A stretch of 57,407 nt of DNA, filler included, from Basidiobolus ranarum (lineage: Eukaryota), in assembly GCA_040143965.1 (NCBI GenBank). It is 3 parts of 3 records of this genome, joined end to end, with 100 filler letters (N's around TTAATTAATTAA, not from the genome) between each part and the next. Parts side by side here need not be neighbours in the genome. Positions count along the whole stretch, not along the records: positions 1 to 19,102 come from JASJQH010000257.1; 2 more parts are not named here. One strand, given 5' to 3'. The notes under the pieces were generated by a model. It was given only the letters and a program-made list of their open reading frames with translations. It did not search any database and was not told where the DNA came from. Below, in pieces: positions 1 through 13,899 of this stretch. The position numbers and the translations under genes are program-made. Each line of letters starts with the position of its first letter. Position 1 is the stretch's first letter.

Positions 1-85
1 TCGTACTAATATCCGATGGAAATGAAGCTGATGGGTGCTTTCCAGAATTGTTCTCAGTCGTATCTGATTTCGATGCATCAACATC

Positions 86-487
86 TCAATCCGTAGTCTC
101 TTTGCCAGAGTGAGGTCGAGCTCCAGTGCCCCCAGATATCTCGAAATAAGGGCTGTAGTATATGTCTGGGGGTGATCCAATACGAATTGCGTAGTCTTTA
201 CCGGATGGAGTTTCTTTGGGAATCTCCCATTTATATTGACCTGGCTTGGTGGTGATATTGGTAGCAATATTTCCTACTGGCTGAAGTGCAGTTATCTTCC
301 CTGCCATAAGGTAGAGATCAGCATACTCTGGCATCTCTTTCTTATCCTGATTATCGATCCAGGTAATTGTTTGCGTCGTCCCAGCCTGCCAGTTACTTCC
401 AAGAGGTGATGTGATTGAGGGGCTGGATTCCACACGATAGAGTATCGCGGAGAAGATAATGAATACGGAGAAGGTAGTGGCAAGCAT
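86..487 (-). CDS. Secreted Ser/Thr-rich GPI-anchored-family protein (Kre9/Knh1 N-terminal Ig-like domain); may carry a premature TGA
   Basis: Signal peptide MLATTFSVFIIFSAILYRVES, then ITSP-x4-WQAGTTQTITW...LYLMAG...GQYKWEIP...GKDYAIRI...YYSPYFEI, the typical pattern of this family. The frame stays open past the TGA at 86-88 to the window edge. Confidence 0.8.
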   Translation of the reverse strand: MLATTFSVFIIFSAILYRVESSPSITSPLGSNWQAGTTQTITWIDNQDKKEMPEYADLYLMAGKITALQPVGNIATNITTKPGQYKWEIPKETPSGKDYAIRIGSPPDIYYSPYFEISGGTGARPHSGKETTD

Positions 488-3431
488 GTCTACAAGTGTA
501 AGAATGGTTGATTGGTGTATTTGATTTACTCAGAGAATAGTACGTTTTTGACTTATAAATACTGATTGATGATAAGATACTGACAAGTATTCGCTGCATA
601 GAAGCCGCGGAATTATTTACGGGCATATCAAGAGTGCCTAAAATCATTACTTTATACTCCTACATGTCTATGGTTGACATCAATATCTTTGCTGCATCAA
701 AGTTACCGTAAACTTTACTAGTTCATGCTATGAACCTTGGGCTAATTTTGTTTAATAATAGTCAAGTGGTGAGTAACTAATATTTTAATACTTATGATTG
801 AAATTTATTTGAATAGTGTACATGATGACTTTGAATGGAGGATTAAAGTCGTCCTATTTAATACCGGCTCAATGTATTGAGCGCATTCTTACTCCAGAAT
901 ATTGGCCCCTACTACTGCACATACCTTTAAAATCCCCGGAAGCGAAGCGTTAACAATCTAAACAGCATAGGAATACGTTTCGAAATAACCAACTTTGAAG
1001 CAAAAGAGCAGGATAGAATAGTAGTGGATCAACTTCACGTGGGTTAGCTGGATATAAAGTAAAATACAATATAGAGCTCCATCTGCATTACTCCATGAAG
1101 TCTAATGGGGAGTCCTAGAGATCAAAATTACACACCCCATTTCATCTGTTTATCCAGAGACGGTGATTGAGTGCTATTTTTGTTATAGATCCAAATGAGA
1201 GGATCTGCGATCCGTTCATCCGAAGGAACTGCGGAAAACAGATGTTTGACACCAAGCTTGAATTTCCGATGAAGCGTGCCAACTTATAGTCAGTTGACAG
1301 ATTTGATCAAAGCTAATATCCTTATATGGATGCTACAGCTCTGATTGTCCAATAAAGCTGCGCATAGGGGCTCCTTTTGGGGTTCCCCTTTTGGGTCATA
1401 TTCATGCACTAGCAATTTCAAGTACAGAGCGAATTTTCATGGTAGAATAGACACGAGATCGATGCTGCAACTTCTGTGAAACCCATGATTTCTCTATAAC
1501 AAGTATTTAAGCTTATGTGCGGTCCATGGAAGAATATTTAGAGATTGATAGATTATGGCAGATGCTGTTTGACACTGCTTTGATGCGCTATCTCGTTGCA
1601 TCCTCACAAATAAGTTCAAATCTCTCTTTTTCACATGGACTTGGCGGAGAACATGGGTACCTCAGATGCGCTGATCTTCAATCACATATGAATTTGAACT
1701 GAATCTCGATTCAAGACTATCCAGACTCTCCAATTACAGGCGAAAAAGGCTCGTTGAACCTGTGTTCCAATTGAAATATCTCGGCTCAAAATCAATGCTA
1801 CAACTATATTTTGCTTATCAAGTATCAATATCCTATTTCGGATCAAAATCGAGATTCAGACTAAAGCTCGGCGATTGCAATAGTTAGCGGACCGAGCCGA
1901 GTTTAATGCCGACTTGGATATATCGATTGGGCACACCTCAGAGCTTCTGATGATTTGAAGCTGTCAAATACCAGCACTAATCATGACCAATCCTGCTACT
2001 GCTGTACACAATGTATCACAACTAATTTCTCTAACACAACGGATATTACCTAACCTAAAGTGGTGTCATTGTGGAAATGACTAACTTGAGAATGGAGCGT
2101 ACGTCTGAGGACTGCCGAATAGGGAGATTGGCTCACTGAGGACTTAATGCTATAGATTTTCTAGTTGTTTGTGACTTTTCTTACGCTCCAAAGATCAAAA
2201 GCATGACCTTGGTGGCCGAATTAGTTTTAGGTAAACGGTATTTTGAAAACTCCTTTCTTCCTTGGTGCTCATTAATATAAAATTTAGAAATACGGTTGTT
2301 ATCGGAATGTTCTACAAATCGCTTTCCTCTAATTGGAGGGTGGTTGACTGCTTAATCAAAGCATGCATGTCCAATTTCTTGGGGACAATGTGTCAGCTTA
2401 GCATAATTGACTACGCGCTAATCATATAGTTGAGGCCTTTGGAAGGTGGATTGATGTAACTTGCTCCCGTCATCGGCCCCAATAAACTCTTGTACTCTAT
2501 AGAGGCAGTCGAGGGTTTGAATGGAAACCCTGCAGTGTGCTGGTATTGTGACTAGAAATGACAAACCCAGTATATTGTAAAATTCAATCAATCAATAGTG
2601 CAGTGACTAAACTCTACATGATTCAACTGATCATCTATATCCGTTGAACATACCTACGCACCAGAATCCCCAAAGAGGTTTCGCCCTGGGATGGGATCAA
2701 ACGTCTCTCCTCATCTTAACTTGATGGGCTAATCCAAAGAGTCTGTGTATGTCAGACTATGTTTGGAAACTTTTTGACCAAGTTACTAGTAGTTGGAACA
2801 GATTTTTGGTGATATCGTTAGTTAACTAAGTGTCGGATACAGATGGTCCCATTTTCTAGCTGATTTCATTTTCAGCGTAATTGATTGGAGATCGACGTCC
2901 ATCATTTGGCTAGAACGTGATTAATTTCGTGTTATTTTCCATTACCCTACGGCCCCATCGGAATTGTCATTAGTAAGCTGGAATAAATATACCTGATTCT
3001 GTTTGATGGTTTTATTATCGCATTTTCGGAAAATCAGCTTCATGATTCGCGCATATTTTTTTCTAGTGTAGCTCATTGGTAGGGGATGTACCTTGATACA
3101 TGTTGTTCCATTTTGATTTTCCATCTTATATATAAATCAACCTCTCCCCCTTGATAAGATCCTTGTAAACTCTATCGATCAACTGGATTGTCTACACATT
3201 CGTTAGACAGTGACAAACCTTGTTCATAAAATATTTGTTAGCAGTCTCTCGGAAACCACACTTATATTCTGTATTATTTTTCCTTAGCTTGTGCTTGTTC
3301 ATTCATCAGATCTTTCTCGATCACTAAAGCATCATTACTGTTCTGATTCCATAATCTGTTGTTGATTCTACTGAGAGATCCTAGCAACTTTACCTTTTAT
3401 AAACTTGCTCGACTAAATATTCAAGACTCTC

Positions 3432-5770
3432 ATGTTGTCTTCTTCTCAAGAAGCCAGCTTCTCCAGTGATCCCAACGCATGCAAGAAATCTAGAACCAGT
3501 CGTGCCTGTGATGTGTGTAGAAGAAAAAAAGTGAAATGTGATGGGTTAAAGCCTTCCTGTTCAAACTGTAATACTCTCGGGCATACATGTACCTATCTTG
3601 ATAAGCCTAAAAAACGTGGCCCGCAGACTTCTCAACCTAAGGCTCTCGAGGCTCGCCTAAAGCACCTAGAAAGCTTGCTCACTACGCTTGTTGATAACGG
3701 TGGTTCTATGTCTAGCCAGATCGTCAGTGAGCTGCGCTCCATCAATCAGGACAAATCTCTTGATACCACAGATTCCCATCATCAGGATGAGCTAGAGGTA
3801 AGACATACAAAATATTGATGAATCAAATTTTTATTTACCATATCCCTTCAGGAAACAAGTGAAGAAGATGATCACGAATATGAAGATGAATTGCCTGCTA
3901 GCCCCGGCAAAACACTTCAACAAGATATCTCTTATCGATACGCTGGCAGTAGTTCGGGGATGTATTTACTCAACGAAAATACCGGAAAGAACCAATCTAT
4001 TCATGACATTAGTACGTTTCTTCCGCAAATATACGATGACCTTCCAAACCTACCAGAAGACTTTCCACCGCCGGAATTAAGTGAGAAACTGTTAAATAAT
4101 TATTTTCGTCGATTTCATCCATATTTGCCAGTATTTCACACAGATGGATTTATGAAAAAATATCGAGAGGGAACTGTCCCACCGATACTTTTAAATGCAG
4201 TATATGGGCTTGCTTGTATTCATTCTGGGGATTACAATCTATTCCCCAACATCGAGAGTTGCTCCAAATATGCCCGGATGTTTTTCTTCCGTGCTAAATC
4301 ATATCTCGACTTGGAGTATCATTCATCATCGATTCCGGTGATTCAGACTTTGTTCTTGATGACATTCAGTCCTGTATCCGGATGGCTTTTCCTGGGAATG
4401 GCTATTCGATGGCTCAAGACCTAGGCCTACATAGAAATATTGAATCGCAAACCATGGATCCAACTGAAAAAGAAGATCGCAAGTTGTTATGGTGGTGCTG
4501 TGTCACTATGGATCGCTTCTACAGTTCAGTGCTCGGGAAACCAATGTCCATTACTGAAAACGATTTTGATACCAAGCTCCCAATGGAAATTGCTAGTCCG
4601 AAGTCAGAGCATGCTTTACCAAGTCCAACAGCCTCGTTAAGATATTTTACTCATCTTATCCGCTTAACAAGCATCATCAATCGAATCATGAAAGAGGTTT
4701 ATGGGGTTGACACTCTACCAAATGAAACTGGAAAAATTCTCTGGACGTTAAATCAGGAGATACGTGACTGGGAGCTATCATTGCCATCGGAGTTCAAATA
4801 CGATTTCTCCCGACCAGTAACAAACAATGTGCATTCCATCATGCTGACCTATTTCAATCAGTACGCTATTATTCTGCTGAATCGTCCATTTATGAAAGCT
4901 GGTAAACACAAGAAGTCTACAGCCGTCAATCCAGGACTTCGAATTTGCTCACGAGCTGCGAGTATTATGACGTTTATATCATTTCACACGCCGAATGGAT
5001 ACAGATTACATGGCGTTATTTTCAACGTCTCCTTCACATTTGCAGCTTCTATGATTCATTTGATTAGCTCGCTTTCGAATGACGCTGAAATGGCTCATAC
5101 AGGAAAAATCAACCTATCTTTCAACCTTCGCTTGTTGCAAGAATACAAAGGGATATCCTTGGGATCTGCTCGATGTTATAACTTTATGAGTGAGATTATT
5201 CAGAATCGTAACTTTCAAAAAGCCGATGAGCTTCCCGCTCAGCCAATTATTCCTTCACCTGTAACAATTTCGCCTGATTTGACGTATAAAGCCCCAAAAC
5301 GTAGTGACTCCGCAGCATTACTAATTATTCCGGAAAACCAGTTTGATTCACCCGTTCCCAGAAATTCCTCTCTCTCTCCTGCAAGTACCGCTACAAGTCA
5401 CACAACTCTTAATATATCACCATTGGGCAATTTACCAAATGAAGTTACTGTCACTTCACCTGCCACCAACCTAAATCAGATCAATATTGCAGACCCAATA
5501 TTCCAATATCAGCATCTCGCTCAGCCAGCGCAAGAACCTTTGTTTTCACCCGAAGCATACCAAAACTCTATTAATTACATGAATTCACAAAATGATGTGA
5601 ATACCATTGCGAACAACCAGGCCTTATCTGAATCTTACCAACAAGAGTATACACCAGTAACCTTCATTGGAAACCCTCAATTCTATAGCAATCATCAGAT
5701 GGACATTAACATGCAGGAATGGAACAACTACATTGATCAATTTTCCAACTTCGCATCACCTTCTATGTAA
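3432..5770 (+). CDS. Zn(II)2Cys6 (Gal4-type) transcription factor with Fungal_trans middle domain; exons 3432-3797 and 3852-5770, with a 1-nt frameshift near 4409
   Basis: RACDVCRRKKVKCDGLKPSCSNCNTLGHTCTY cluster. Intron GTAAGA...CAG at 3798-3851 joins in frame. Motifs YF-x2-FHPYLPVFH, GMAIR/MAQDLGLHR and RKLLWWCCVTMDR are present. Confidence 0.92.
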
Positions 5771-7003
5771 TTTTTCATTCACTTTTGTATATGGTGGTAG
5801 TTTCATATTATAATTCATTCTCAAAGCAACATTTTTATCAGGCAACAAACCCCTTGAGCATTGGTATTAAATTTTGTGTGTTTCATTTCGGTTCTTTTTT
5901 AATATGTAGGTTATGGCCCACGTTATGAACTTTTGCTCATCACTTTTTTCTTTAAATTCTTTTACTTGCTATACCTTTTTCAAGTCCACTTGACTCAAAA
6001 CTTACGCGAGATCAGGTACACGTGAATAAATTACTATATGACTTCTCAAGTTCATCATTGTGGCGTTAAACCCTTGGATATAGTAGTTTGTAGTGATCTA
6101 AGCTGTGCTCATACCTTGCTCTGCGCATCAGTGAAACGACGTAGTGAGGAATGGATTTGTTTGCATTTCCAAGTTCATTTCGTAATTTTAATCTACTTGG
6201 AGTATGAACACTGATGATTGCTATCTCTGTATTACAGAGTAAGGCTGAAATCATGACAAGTATCAACTAGAATTGGAGTTGGGCAGGTTGCTTGATGCAT
6301 ACATAGTAGATTATGATGTTGCAGTTGAAACTATCGAACCTGCAGAGAATACAATATTAAAGTTATATTGAAGCGAGTGTTCAAAAGAATTAGCACAACG
6401 AAATAAAATGAGCCTTGAAAAAGCATTGGTAACAGCATGACTATATTGGTTTTACAACATCTGATGTAAGGATAGAGAAGACAGGGGATTTCATAAAGCA
6501 TAACTAATGGCATGGAAACCACCCTTGCATAAGATTAATATATCCCACTTGCTACATAGGTACCATCATCTCCTATCTGCGTATGTAAATCCTTCTCTAT
6601 ATTCTCTTTATGAACCTCCCTTGGAGTGCAGTTCTGTTGCCTTGTTCCACCTCACAAGGGGTAATCAGACTTGGGCTGAATATAATAGAGTAAAATCGAT
6701 TGAAACTGCTGAGTTGTATAAATTTTAGATTACTCTAACCAATATCGTAAACTATTAACTGGAACTCGTGTAGTAGTACCAGAAACCTAATTTCCACAAT
6801 TTCTCTTTTCAAGTCAGTGATGATCTACTTTCCCAAATCATCATGGTTGATATTACTATATCTTTATTTGTGAATAGGGAGGGTTGATTATAGTACGAGA
6901 AAGAAAGTTCTTATAGAGAAATTATACAAAAATTTAAAAAAATTGAAGATAGAAAATGTCCAAGTTAAAATTCTCTAAAGAAATAATGGGAAAAATGGAT
7001 TCT

Positions 7004-8482
7004 CTACAGAGTATAGGTAAAATCTGGATGTCTATCTCCGGCCAATTCTATACCACCATATCTGGCGACTTCTTGTTCTTTTTGCTCTGGTGTTAATCTA
7101 GAGCGACGTCTATTTTCCCAAGTAAATACTACCCTTAAAATAATTACTAACACTGTTTGTAAAGCGACGCAAGACACTGCAATAATATTCCCCCCCAGGT
7201 ACTTGGGCGGATCATAGTAAATTTGTCCACCGATCGCTCCGCCAATTGTACCAAAGGATACGATAGCCGCTGATGCTACAGCACGACGAGTTAATCCTCC
7301 AAAGTTATTATTGAACCAGGCAATTTTAACAGATACATTAGCATAAACACCAGCTGTAACAAGAATGGCACCAAAGTAATGAACACCAATTAGGCTATCA
7401 TCAACGAGTAAGAGGAGTAGAAATCCGACGATGGTTATCATGTTAATAAATACCATATGAAAACTACGTTCAACGAAATGGTCGGAGCTGATACAGAGAA
7501 ATATAGTTGCAAAAAATGCAACTGCGTAAGGAGGAACTGTCATCAATTGTGACTTGACTGGTGACCAGTGACCAAGACCGTTTATGATTGAAGGCAAAAA
7601 CAGTGTAACTCCTTGGAGTGCAATTGTTCCCGTGATGTATATAACCATGTAGGCGTATGTTTTCCAATCTTTAAATACAGAGCCCACTTGAGCCCAGGAC
7701 CACGAGTGGTCATTAGCTGCACCAGCATCGGTTGCTAGCCTATTAATCTCATAAGCACGCTCATTTTCGTTCAGAAACTTGGCAGTTTCGGGTGAGTCGG
7801 GAAGGATGAACCAGCACAAAATCGCTAGAGCTACGGTAGGTAATCCTTCAATTAAGAAAATATATTGCCACTCAGCGAGTGAACCTTTTATCTGGCTAAT
7901 ACCGTAAGCTAGTAGACCTCCAAATGCACCTGCCAAAGAAGAAAAGGACCAAAAGAAGCCTAGTCGTACAGCCTGTTCTTTGCGTGGATACCACAGTGAC
8001 ATATAGTAGATAACTCCTGGAAATAATCCGGCTTCAAACGCACCCAAAAGAAATCTACAAATGGCCAGTCCCGCAAAATTTGTAATTCCAACCATACAAA
8101 CGGCCACCACTCCCCAACAAAACATCAAGATAGCAATCCATTTGGAAGCTTTCCATCTTCTCAAGACGATATTTGAAGGTAACTCGAATATGACATAGCC
8201 GAAGAAGAATATTGAAAGGCCCCATTGATATTCAAATTGGGTGATTCCAATATCTTTTTCGAGTCCGCCGAGCTTAGCGTTCCCGATGTTGGATCTGTCA
8301 AGGTATGAAAGTAGATAGATAGCGCATAGTATAGGTAGAAGAGTGAGGTCAAGCTTCCGAATAAGTTTTTTGTGTGCGACTGCGTTTTCCTCGTGTTGAT
8401 GTTGATTTCCGGACCCGGCCTTTTCAACGTCGACGTCGTAGACAGTTTTTTCAGCAGTGGAAGAATCAGCTGTGTCGTTCAT
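7004..8482 (-). CDS. MFS transporter, anion:cation symporter family (Dal5/Tna1-like), intronless
   Basis: LIRKLDLTLLP, YLDRSNIGNAKL, FELPSN, RFLLGAFEAGLFPG, WQYIFLIEGLPT, LPDSPETAKFL and WENRRR motifs; about 12 hydrophobic segments. Confidence 0.95.
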   Translation of the reverse strand: MNDTADSSTAEKTVYDVDVEKAGSGNQHQHEENAVAHKKLIRKLDLTLLPILCAIYLLSYLDRSNIGNAKLGGLEKDIGITQFEYQWGLSIFFFGYVIFELPSNIVLRRWKASKWIAILMFCWGVVAVCMVGITNFAGLAICRFLLGAFEAGLFPGVIYYMSLWYPRKEQAVRLGFFWSFSSLAGAFGGLLAYGISQIKGSLAEWQYIFLIEGLPTVALAILCWFILPDSPETAKFLNENERAYEINRLATDAGAANDHSWSWAQVGSVFKDWKTYAYMVIYITGTIALQGVTLFLPSIINGLGHWSPVKSQLMTVPPYAVAFFATIFLCISSDHFVERSFHMVFINMITIVGFLLLLLVDDSLIGVHYFGAILVTAGVYANVSVKIAWFNNNFGGLTRRAVASAAIVSFGTIGGAIGGQIYYDPPKYLGGNIIAVSCVALQTVLVIILRVVFTWENRRRSRLTPEQKEQEVARYGGIELAGDRHPDFTYTL

Positions 8483-10929
8483 TTTCGAGAGGAAAATGTA
8501 TGATATTGTGTAAGTTGCTTAACTTCAGCTGGGCGCTTTTATGTGACCTGAAGGGTGAAAAGTCATCGTTAGTGCAAGGTACAATCAATACATTTATTTT
8601 TGGAGCCAATCCAGAGGAGAGGTTGTCAATCCATGGGAAAATTCACAAATACTGTTTAACTATAGAGAAAGGCTATACTAATGCAGGAGAATTCCGTTAT
8701 GCCTAGAAATTTTAGATGCATGAAATTCCTAAAACCATAGAATTACAAAGAAATCAACATGGCATCTAATGAAAGTGTTGTTCATGCAACAACTATCAGT
8801 GGACTTGATCATCGATTTGAACAATATTTCCCATCAATCTGAGACATGCCTATTGCGGTTATGGAATAATGTATTAGCCAGCTCAATGAGGTCAGCCAGA
8901 CATTCACAAAGCCGAACAAGGATGGACAATTGAAGCCTAATCTGCCAACGAGCGCAATACTAAATATATCAGTAATGTTCACTTGAGATGAGTAACGACT
9001 TGACATATCTGGTTAACAAACACTTGCCTTGGTTCTAGTCACATGGAGTTGTATTCTGGATTTGGTCGTTAGTCACCAATAGCTGGCTCGTTATGATTGA
9101 TCCATTCTCTGGGGACTGTGTAGACATAATGTGCACATGACATAAGTACTGTTAATGATAAAGCTTGTCGGAACACCTTCACGGTATACAAAAAACCTGA
9201 CTGTGTCCCAAGTAAATCACTCCAGGTGTCCTCTAATTCGAATGTGTACAAGTAGAGCAAAGTACACGGGGAAATAACACAGAGCGCCAAAAATACCGCT
9301 AAGCTCTCCCGATATTAACGAATTGAAAATGCATGGGGTTTGGAATAATACAGAACCTGATTTGCTGTATCTCGAGATTCTACTCTGTGAACAATCAAAG
9401 CCCAGAGCACTATGTCTTTATCAAGAACTTAGTTTCAGGGAAATATCCTATCTAATGGTGTCCATGTAAACCAGCTGTAGACTAAGTCTTCCCTTGGGCT
9501 GACCCCTTACTCATAAATAACGCAAAGAAACATCCGTAGAAATGTACAATAAACTTGGTAGTACGGGGCTACAAGCGCCACCGAATTATAGGGTGGGTTG
9601 CAGAGGTGAATACCAACAAATAGCTCCACCCTGACCTATTCTCTGGATACTTAGTTAATGTATTATCTATTCCCTATTCAGGACATAAACATCACCTGCT
9701 GTATAAGTACAAGTGATGATGAATCTTATGAACACACAATTATCACTTACTCGAGCAGTGATTTGCGTGTAGCTGAAACATCAGCTTCAGTCAGTTGGTT
9801 CGTCTAACAGACAACCGAGTAAACTTGGAAGGTTAAATATGCTTATGAGTTCCAAGCTTGGATACAACAATGCTGATCTCTGGTATCACCTACATGGTGT
9901 CGGTTCAGTCATATTTATTAGTAATATACTTCCATAGAACAGTACCCTCTACAACAATAGAGGTTCCGAATGATGCCCTCAGTTCTTCTGGTTGGTTTCC
10001 AGACTTAACAAATAACGAACGTTGCATTGACTTGACGTATTCTACAGATACTATTACTTCCGGCCCAATGAGGATCAATGAGCTGAGGACAAAACAGTAA
10101 TAATAAACTCACATCTATAAATACTTGCTTAAATTAAAATCTCTATATCTCTATATGAACTCTGAATACAAGCCCAAGAGGTTATTTAGAGTTTGTCCAA
10201 AAAAGGAAACCAAAGGTGTAGCCACACATAGAAGATAACGTCACAGCGCTGCTTCCCCACGAAACTGCACAAATATGGATCTGGTGGTTTTTGGCTGTTA
10301 AACAATTACCCGCATTCACCTAGAAGCCCGTTGGTTCCTTTGTTGATGAATTAAGATCAAATGGCACGCTGAGCTGAACCTACCAACATCGCTGCACATA
10401 GAGGACCCTTCTCTGCTCCTTCAAAACCATCAAATTACTCAGTCCATGTTCGCCAACAGACATACATCTTTTAGATTTCGGCCGAATTTGAGGTGTTCCC
10501 GTATAAGTTTAATCAGTACAATTCTGAACATTGAACATATCTAAGATTATAAAAGGGGGATTTTTAGTGGATATGCTGGAGTTTTAGACTTCTTAAGGCA
10601 AGGTTTTAATTTATGGCAGTTAGGATATACAATTATTTTGGCAATATTACGAAGGTTAAATTCCAAGCATAATGCCTTCAACCGAGAAAGCAGATTTAAT
10701 ATAGCCTACAATCTTTTATACCGCTAAACCATGTCCCAATGTTGTCTCTAAGATCTTGGTTGGAATAGAAAAGATTTGATAAATGACTCAATTTTTTCAT
10801 ATAAAATTTGACGGCGTATTAGCTTTCTGATTGGATGCTAGCAAACGTTTTATTCATTCGCCATACTATAGAATTAAGTCACTTTTACCAAACTTGTGCA
10901 TACACCTTGTGTGTTTTTGCAGGTGGTAA

Positions 10930-12233
10930 ATGACCAACGTAACGAGCTCAGATGTTCATACAACAAAGAAATTCAAGTCCAGGAGACAAGAGAAGCTGGC
11001 ATTGAAGAATGCACAAAGCAACAAATCATATGTCAACCAGACCGCCTTTAGGGCTTGTGAGCGCATTTATCGTACCCGCTTACCACCTCCCGATTTTACA
11101 GAAGTTATTGACTTCGAAAACCTTGCAAGCAATACACAACAAAATTTAGACAGAATAGTGAAAATTGAACTGAAACATGATCTTACTGAATTATCTCCTT
11201 TATTTGGGGAGAGTAGAAATGATGCTAAACTCTGTTATACCTTAAGAGATTTTCCTGGTAAACTTTCAACAATCTGTTACTCTCCGTTTTCTCTTTTTAT
11301 CTAACTGATTAATTTTTACACAAGGACTCGTTGTCATACCTCAGGCCTTCTCGCCTTCAGCACAGAAAAATATCATCAAAAGTTGTCTTCGTGACCACGC
11401 AAAACACCCAAACCTCTCAAATCTGGATGCACATTACGTAGTTCCAGATGGTGGAATTTGGAATTTGTATGAAAAAGAAGCCAAAGGAGAGATTTCTCCT
11501 GAGGATCCTTCTTACTACGTTCCACTTAAAGATATGTCAGACAGCGAAGATAAGGTTGGAGTGTATGGAGATGCACCCAAAGAAACCAACCTTTCTGTTC
11601 TTCCACCTTCACAATTAATCCGTCGACTTCGATGGATTACCTGTGGCTATCAGTACAATTGGCTAGATAAAACGTACGCACTTGAAAAACGATATCCGTT
11701 CCCTGAAGATATCGGAGATATTGCTTCTGCGGTAGCTAAGGCTATCGAAGGGGTTGGCCATATTGAGATGGATGGAAGTGGATATGTGAATCAGTACGAG
11801 GGTAGTAAGTTTAAGCCTGAGGCCGGGGTTATTAATTACTACCAACTGAAAGATAGCCTAATGGCACATGTCGACAAAAGTGAAATTAACATGGATGCTC
11901 CTTTAGTCTCTTTCAGGTATAGTTCTATTTGTTTCTATTTCTATTCACATCACTTATTCAATTGTTGTATTCATATTTAGTCTGGGTCACTCTTGTATTT
12001 ATCTACTGGGTGGTACCACTCGTGACGTCCCCCCAGTTGCCATCTATTTGCGTAGCGGTGATGTGTTAGCCATGTGTGGCCCTTGTAGAGCAGCGTTCCA
12101 TGGAGTTCCTCGTATTTTAGAGAGCACATTACCAGATTATTTGAAAACCAATCCTGAAGACCCTGATTGGGATATCTACGCAAGTTTTGTGAATGAAGCG
12201 CGAATTAATGTAAACGTTAGACAGGTATTCTAA
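10930..12233 (+). CDS. ALKBH1: AlkB homolog 1 (Fe(II)/2-oxoglutarate dioxygenase); exons 10930-11257, 11325-11916, 11981-12233 (390 aa)
   Basis: LRWITCGYQYNW, EAGVINYY-x5-LMAHVD (HxD), SGDV-x2-M, FHGVPRI and RINVNVRQV motifs. Both GT-AG introns restore the frame. Confidence 0.92.
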
Positions 12234-13184
12234 CCGCCAACACTGGATCATATGAATATCTCAGACACTTCACGATACTAGATATATCTTCCAACAATAA
12301 CATCATCAATGATCTCATTTTGAATCAGAGTAATTTATTCCAACAACATTTTAAATAATAAACCTTGGGTATCGTGTAACTAGAATGTGAAATCTTTACG
12401 AATCTCTCATTTTACGTATCTATTGAATTTATGTCAGAATGTTGAAATGCTTTTCCTGTCATAAAGATCATTTTACTAATAGCAAAGGTATCACTGCATT
12501 GAAGTTCTAACTTCACTTTCAAGTTGCCCATATCGTTCATCGTGAACTATATGGCTCTTACTTAGTTGGAACCTGTATGTTTGGCATGCGGACGCTGAAA
12601 GGTTTGTTTGTTGTAGGTCCATGTCAACTATCAATAATATCCATATCAATCCATCCTAGGCATTATTACTCATCTAGCCTTTAAGCTTTAGGGATAAAGC
12701 AAAAGTTGCGTCGGCTATCCTAGATCCTGACTGACATGGGGTTTAGATTGAAGAGCATAACCTAGTAGAAAGTTGGGGCCCCACATCAGCGATACTACCA
12801 TAGCGTGAATATAGAGATTGGTAAAGGATAAACACTATATTGAAAATGAATTGAACAGCTATATAATTCTAAGTCATGTAAGATGAGTGTTTGTAGTTAA
12901 AATATTGATCACGAAATGCACCTCCTCTTGATCGATGTACATCATCCCTAAATATGTAGGGACTGGTACAATAGATATTAGAAAAATCAATTGAAGCCCC
13001 TGTAACTGATGAAGCTTATGATCTAACTAAATAGGATTTCAACGGTACTGGTAAATATAGAATATTGTTGTGGCTCTTCTCCTAGATGGCAACCAGTCAC
13101 CTCTAGTTTAGAAGTAAGATTGAGTTTATTCAAAACGACGGCGACACGTTAACTAGTTTTGTGTATAGCAAATCAATTCCATAA

Positions 13185-13899
13185 TCAGTGATATGTGTAT
13201 GAAATGATGAATACTGGAAAGAAGGTAGCAAGAACAGAAGTATTCAACTTAGTGGTGAAGCCAGAAACCATGGTTGGAATTTTACCTAAACCTGGCGTGT
13301 TTGTTGCAGCAACTGTATAGGTGGAGGAGAATGAGGATGAGGGAACTAAAGAAGAATTTGATGAAAGCATAGATGTAGAAGTGACGGTTCTTATGGGTGA
13401 AGGGGTTCCAGATACACTATAACTATTGGTACCACTGATTGCAGTAATCAGCTCGCGTTGAGATGATAGCTGGGAGGCGTCAATATCAAAGAAATGGGAG
13501 TAAGCTGTATCTTTACCAGAACTTAAGCATATAGCGTACAATGCTCCAGAAGCCAATTCTTTAGGGACATTCCATGTGTAGGATCCAGACACATTAGATA
13601 TTCCTTTAGCAATTGTAGCGATTGTATCCAAGTTTTCAGCTTTACCGAACATCAAAGTAATATCATACTTGGCAGAAGAGATGGGTCCCTCTACTAACCT
13701 ACAGGTGTGAAAGTGATTAGGAGATATTGTTGGAAACTTTAAGTAATTCATTGCAAGACATTTACCAAGTAATAGTTGCATTGGTGCCAGCAGTCCACCG
13801 CGTACCACCAACAGGCTGTGTGATAAAGAAGCCAGCAAAGGTGGTGGTAGCTAAAAATGTAACAGAAACTAGGATAGTAAAGATATTCAAGAGCATCAT
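13185..13899 (-). CDS. Ser/Thr-rich GPI-anchored-family protein (Kre9-like Ig domain, S/T stalk, hydrophobic C-terminus); exons 13899-13766 and 13698-13185
   Basis: Spliced product: MMLLNIFTILVSVTFLATTTFA-GFFITQPVGGTRWTAGTNATITW-LVEG...GSYTWNVP...YSHFFDI, then an S/T-rich tract and a hydrophobic tail. Intron 13699-13765 has GT, a CTAAT branch and TAG. Confidence 0.85.

Noticed and set aside
86-88. In-frame TGA as selenocysteine
   Set aside because: It lies in a low-complexity stalk rather than at a catalytic Cys position, and no SECIS element can be assessed because the contig ends.
3432-8482. Zn2Cys6 factor plus MFS transporter as a metabolic cluster
   Set aside because: Adjacency is the only evidence; the genes are convergent, no pathway enzyme is nearby, and both families are very common.
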